Shown here one piece after another: positions 38,184-42,355 of a DNA stretch of 42,355 nucleotides. Both the position numbers and the translations under genes were made by a program. The stretch is from Gallionella sp. Its GTDB lineage: Bacteria > Pseudomonadota > Gammaproteobacteria > Burkholderiales > Gallionellaceae. Every line of letters begins with the position of its first letter. Position 1 is the first letter of the stretch. The stretch is from the NCBI GenBank assembly GCA_017880945.1, contig JADGRM010000001.1:1-42355 (forward strand). Direction: 5' to 3'. The notes beneath the pieces are model-generated. The model was not told where the DNA came from and did no database searches. It saw nothing but the letters and a program-made list of their open reading frames with translations.

Positions 38184-38891
38184 ATGCTAGTTGCAAACCG
38201 AACTCATGTCGCAAACAGTTTGCTGGCCGCCTTGCCGAACAAGGTCTATCAGTCGCTGCTCGAGCGTCTGGAGCCGATCACGCTGACTTCCGGCGAAGTA
38301 CTCTATCATCCCGGTGAACCGATTCACCACGTTTACTTCCCGACCGATACGCTGGTGTCTTTGCTCACGATGGCAGAGGGACATCAGGCACTGGAAGTCG
38401 GTATGGTTGGCCGTGAAGGCATGCTCGGGATTCCATTGGCGCTTGGCGTAAGCGATTCGCCGGTGCACGCCGTGGTGCAGGGAGCGGGAATGGCCTTGCG
38501 CATGACATCCGCGCACTTTCACAAGGAATTTCACCAGAGTGCGCAATTACAACGAGAGGTGTACCACTACATCTACGAATTGATGATTCAAATGACCCAG
38601 ACTGCCGCGTGCAATCGCTTTCACCGGATCGAAGCCCGTCTCGCACGCTGGTTGCTGATGACGCGCGACCGCGTGCAATCGAATCAATTTCATCTGACGC
38701 AGGATATTCTTGCAAATATGCTGGGTGTGCGGCGGGTTGGCGTTACCAAAGCCGCCTGTGACTTGCGCCAACGCAATCTGATCAGTTACAACCGTGGCGA
38801 AATCATCATTCTCGACGGGGAAGGTCTCGAAGCCGCCGCTTGCCAGTGTTACCAGATCGTCAAGGACATGCGCGAAGTTGCACGGGCTTAG
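38184..38891 (+). CDS. Crp/Fnr-family transcriptional regulator
   Basis: NSLLAALP, VYFP, VGREG, TAACNRFH, RLARWLL, HTH LTQDILANMLGVRR, ACQCY. Confidence 0.9.
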   Translation: MLVANRTHVANSLLAALPNKVYQSLLERLEPITLTSGEVLYHPGEPIHHVYFPTDTLVSLLTMAEGHQALEVGMVGREGMLGIPLALGVSDSPVHAVVQGAGMALRMTSAHFHKEFHQSAQLQREVYHYIYELMIQMTQTAACNRFHRIEARLARWLLMTRDRVQSNQFHLTQDILANMLGVRRVGVTKAACDLRQRNLISYNRGEIIILDGEGLEAAACQCYQIVKDMREVARA

Positions 38892-39123
38892 TCATGTTGC
38901 GCAATCCACATCTTCAAAAAAGAAGACCCGGAGCGGGATTGCCGTTGCCGGGTCAAAGTACTTCAGGTGTTCATCAAAGGGGGAGGAATGAACACCTGTG
39001 CGCATCATCCCCTTTTGTTCCGAGACACTCCGTTCGATAACGTACATAAGCCGGAAAAAATGTTTTCACATCAACTTTGGTGTGGCTCAAGGAAAGTCGC
39101 CACGCTGATCCCCATAGCGAATA

Positions 39124-39139
39124 TGTGCGTTAGCGTACA
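39124..39139. promoter_or_regulatory. Crp-like box TGTGCG-TTAG-CGTACA
   Basis: 6-4-6 palindrome upstream of the second crp-like gene; a weaker copy CGTTCG-ATAA-CGTACA lies at 39031-39046. Confidence 0.55.
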
Positions 39140-39261
39140 TACTCTCTCTGTTTAACATGTTATAAATATATAGATGACATGATTGTTTCAGTTTTAACCA
39201 TAGTTAAACCGTGCATATTTGATTTTGACCCTATCAGGTTGCCCGCTCCGGAGAAAAGAAT

Positions 39262-40053
39262 ATGCTAGCTGTAATACCCGCACGGCATACCCCCGATCAA
39301 AACCATCTTCTCGCTGCTTTGCCTGCGGAAATATTAGCCCGCATCTCCCCTGATCTTGAACTGATCTCGATGAAGCTCGGTGAAATCCTCTGCGAATCAG
39401 GCGGCCAATTGCAATACGTCTATTTCCCGACGACCGCCATCCTGTCTCTGCATTACGTCATGGAAGACGGCGCGTCGGCCGAAATCGCGGGCGTGGGCAA
39501 TGAGGGCATACTCGGAGTTGCACTTTTCATGGGCGGCGATACCACGCCCAGCCAGGCCAGCGTGCAGACGGGAGGGTGGGGCTACCGCCTGAAAGGGCGG
39601 TTGCTTATGGAAGAATTCAACCGCACCGGGGGACGCCGTGCCGGTGCATTGCAAAAGTTGTTGCTGCGTTACACCCAGGCATTGATGACACAGATGTCCC
39701 AGACCGCGGTCTGCAATCGGCATCATTCGGTGGAGCAGCAACTGTGTCGCTGGCTGCTGTTGACCCTTGATCGATTGCCTTCGAATGAATTGACCATGAC
39801 ACAGGAATTGATTGCCTGCATGCTTGGCGTACGCCGTGAAGGCATCACGGAAACCGCCGGGAATTTGCAGCGTGCTGGTTTGATCAGTTACCGCCGCGGT
39901 CACATCTCGGTGCTTGATCGATCCGGATTGGAGTCACATGCTTGTGAATGCTACAGCGTAGTCAAGAAGGAATTCCATCGCCTGCTTAGCGATGCAAGAG
40001 ACACAAACAGCCTGCCGATCAATCTTAGAATCAAGTCCTCACGGACAAACTAG
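39262..40053 (+). CDS. Crp/Fnr-family transcriptional regulator (paralogue)
   Basis: NHLLAALP, VYFPTT, VGNEG, QTAVCNRHH, MTQELIACMLGVRREG, ACECY. Confidence 0.92.
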   Translation: MLAVIPARHTPDQNHLLAALPAEILARISPDLELISMKLGEILCESGGQLQYVYFPTTAILSLHYVMEDGASAEIAGVGNEGILGVALFMGGDTTPSQASVQTGGWGYRLKGRLLMEEFNRTGGRRAGALQKLLLRYTQALMTQMSQTAVCNRHHSVEQQLCRWLLLTLDRLPSNELTMTQELIACMLGVRREGITETAGNLQRAGLISYRRGHISVLDRSGLESHACECYSVVKKEFHRLLSDARDTNSLPINLRIKSSRTN

Positions 40054-40385
40054 GGCTCAGGACAAGTTAGTTCGTGGCAGGATTAACATAGGTGTAGTTT
40101 AAGTATGGGCATGGTCAGATACAGCAGACGCACAGCGCGCCCTTGAATTTGTAAAGTTTGTAAGGCCGTAATTTTTTCGCCGGCCGGAGTAGCGAAAATA
40201 TCCCCATTCAGGAAGAACAAATTGGTAATGCCCGAAGACAACTTGAATCTGCAATTGCCAACCACGACATCGTCGCGGCGGATGGTGTCCCGTATATCCG
40301 ATTCACGTCAAACTGATACGCGGAATTTCGATATCCGGATATCTGATCTCGAGGGACGCTGCCATGGGCGGAGGGTAAATCTTCC

Positions 40386-42355
40386 TTGAAAACGAAACAT
40401 AAAATTGTAGCCTGGCTTGCTTTAGCCTTTCTGCTGGTTACGCTGGCGGTGGCAGTATCGTTCTGGACTTTCAGACAGATTGAAGAAGCATCCGCCGTGC
40501 GCAAACATACCGACACTGTATTGGACGGTGCGGACAAGTTGCAGTCTGCATTGAGAGATGCCGAGACCAGCCAGCGCGGCTATTTGCTGACCGGTCAAGA
40601 GGAATTTCTGGAACCCTATTTGGCAGTGCGCGACAATATCAGTAGCCAACTGAAAGAATTGCGTAGAATTACCCTGGTCAGTGCGGCCCAGAAGCACCTG
40701 GATACTCTGGTTCCCTTGGTGAATGCCAAATTGGCGCTGATGTCATATGCCATCGAGTTGCGCCGCAACCATGATGTGGCTGACGCGCTCGCAGTTGAGC
40801 GCAGTGGTCAGGGCAAGCATTTGATGGATTCGATTCGCGCCGAGATGAGCAGCTTCATCCTGCTGGAGCAAGACGTGTTGGCGCAGCGCGAAGCAGAGTT
40901 TCAGGCGAGCATGCGCCATATGTTTTCCATCATCGTTGCCTCCAGCCTGTTTACGCTGATGTTTACATTTGCGTTCGCCTATTTGGTCTACCGGGAAACT
41001 CAGCAGTGGCTCAAGAATTTGGTTCATCTCGAAACTCGGCATTTGCTTGAGGTCCAGGAGGAAACGAATAAACAACTGCAGTTGGCCAACAACACCCTGC
41101 AGGAAAGCGAGGAAAAGCTCGCCGTTACGCTCAACTCCATCGGCGATGCAGTGATCGCCACCGATGCCGAAGGGCGTGTGACGCTCGTAAATCATTTTGC
41201 CGAGAAGCTCACCGGTTGGACGCAGCCGGAAGCTGGCGGCCTCCAGGTGGACGAGATTTTTCGCATCATCAACCAGGAAACCCGGCTACCCGCCCCTGTT
41301 CCGGTAATAGCTACCTTGGCACATGGCACGATACAAGGCCTGGCCAACCACATCGTACTGATTGCCCGCGATGGTGGCGAGTGCCCTATCGCCGACAGTT
41401 GCGCGCCGATTCGCGACCGCGACGGTCAGGTGATCGGGGCCGTGCTGGTATTCCGCGATGTCACCGGGGAATATGCAGCGCAACAGGCCTTGCGGGACAG
41501 TTCCGCGCTGATCCAGACGATACTGGATACCGTGGTGGACGGTATCATCACCTTCCATGCCCGCGGCGGGATCATCGAGACAGCCAACCCGGCCGCCGAG
41601 CGAATGTTTGGCTATACCGCCGCAGAACTGAACGGACAAAACTTCAGCATGCTGATACCCGAGCTTGATCGAGACCAGCGCAATGGCTCCCTCGAGTATT
41701 ACAGTGCGAGCGATGAGGCGCGCGCCATGGGCCTCAGTCGTGAAGTCGTGGGCCGACGCAAGGATGGCAGCATTTTCCCGATGGAGATGGAGGTAAGCGA
41801 GATGTGGCTGGGTGGCCAGCGTTACTTCACCGGAATTTTACGCGATATCACCACGCGCAAGCAGGTGGAAGCAGAGCGGACGCTGTTCGATCAGTTGCTG
41901 CAGAAGAAAAACACCGAGCTGGAGCACGCCATGTCTGTGGCACAGAAAGCCAACCTCGCGAAATCGATTTTTCTTTCCCGCATGAGCCATGAGCTGCGCA
42001 CCCCGCTCAATGCCATCCTCGGCTTCGCCCAGTTGCTGGAGGCCGGTTCACCGCCGCCAGCGCCCGCCCAGGTTGCAAGGCTGCAGCAGATTATCAAAGC
42101 AGGATGGTATCTGCTGGAACTGATCAACGAGATCCTCGATCTCGCGTTGATCGAGTCCGGCAGGCTCTCGCTGTCGCGAGAACCGGTGTCGCTGGCCGAA
42201 GTCATGCGCGAATGCCAGGCCATGATCGAATCGCAGGCGCAACATCGCGGCATCCGTATCAACTTTCTGCCCTTCGACAAGACCTGGTATGCCAATGCCG
42301 ACCGGACCCGGGTCAAGCAGGTTCTGATCAACCTGCTGACCAATGCGATCAAATA
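40386..42355 (+). CDS. Membrane sensor histidine kinase (CHASE3-PAS-PAS-HisKA-HATPase), truncated by the window end
   Basis: Not in the ORF track because it has no stop in the window. Read manually from TTG 40386 (GGAGG RBS): TM, DAETSQRGYLLTG, TM, two PAS domains, SHELRTPLNAILGF, NLLTNAIK at the end, in frame. Confidence 0.88.
   Translation, partial: MKTKHKIVAWLALAFLLVTLAVAVSFWTFRQIEEASAVRKHTDTVLDGADKLQSALRDAETSQRGYLLTGQEEFLEPYLAVRDNISSQLKELRRITLVSAAQKHLDTLVPLVNAKLALMSYAIELRRNHDVADALAVERSGQGKHLMDSIRAEMSSFILLEQDVLAQREAEFQASMRHMFSIIVASSLFTLMFTFAFAYLVYRETQQWLKNLVHLETRHLLEVQEETNKQLQLANNTLQESEEKLAVTLNSIGDAVIATDAEGRVTLVNHFAEKLTGWTQPEAGGLQVDEIFRIINQETRLPAPVPVIATLAHGTIQGLANHIVLIARDGGECPIADSCAPIRDRDGQVIGAVLVFRDVTGEYAAQQALRDSSALIQTILDTVVDGIITFHARGGIIETANPAAERMFGYTAAELNGQNFSMLIPELDRDQRNGSLEYYSASDEARAMGLSREVVGRRKDGSIFPMEMEVSEMWLGGQRYFTGILRDITTRKQVEAERTLFDQLLQKKNTELEHAMSVAQKANLAKSIFLSRMSHELRTPLNAILGFAQLLEAGSPPPAPAQVARLQQIIKAGWYLLELINEILDLALIESGRLSLSREPVSLAEVMRECQAMIESQAQHRGIRINFLPFDKTWYANADRTRVKQVLINLLTNAIK

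Noticed and set aside
40119-40134. Possible further Crp-like box upstream of the histidine kinase
   Set aside because: Only the CGCACA half-site matches.
1-42355. CRISPR array associated with the Cas6-like gene
   Set aside because: No regularly spaced repeat-spacer pattern was found in any intergenic region, and no cas1/2/3/5/7/8-like ORF.

Overview
Bacterial chromosomal window, most likely from a sulfur-oxidising betaproteobacterium (Gallionellaceae-like; the taxonomy is inferred from gene content and style). The core is a reverse (oxidative) dissimilatory sulfite reductase locus, dsrABEFHCMKLJOPN (7365-19192). It continues on the same strand into a DUF4202 gene, cysG, an exported protein, a petABC bc1 complex, a monoheme cytochrome c, an ankyrin protein, two small hypotheticals, a DUF971-like gene and apbC. 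Upstream lie dsbC and a tusA-dsrE2-FadL-like unit. Divergent from dsrA is a six-gene cluster: small hypothetical, stand-alone Cas6/Cmx6-like RAMP protein (no CRISPR array or other cas gene in the window), cysteine-less DsrC paralogue, tandem-TusA protein, hypothetical and TauD-like dioxygenase. This cluster is the best candidate for an undescribed system. The right third holds a partial type II secretion cluster (gspLMNDEF plus a gspC-like gene; no pseudopilins in the window) and a 49-bp IS1016-like miniature element with an 8-bp target duplication. It also has a DUF3494 ice-binding-like gene, two tandem Crp/Fnr regulators surrounded by repeated TGTGCG-N4-CGYACA boxes, and a CHASE3-PAS-PAS histidine kinase that runs off the end. 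All family calls come from motif recognition by eye; no database searches were run.
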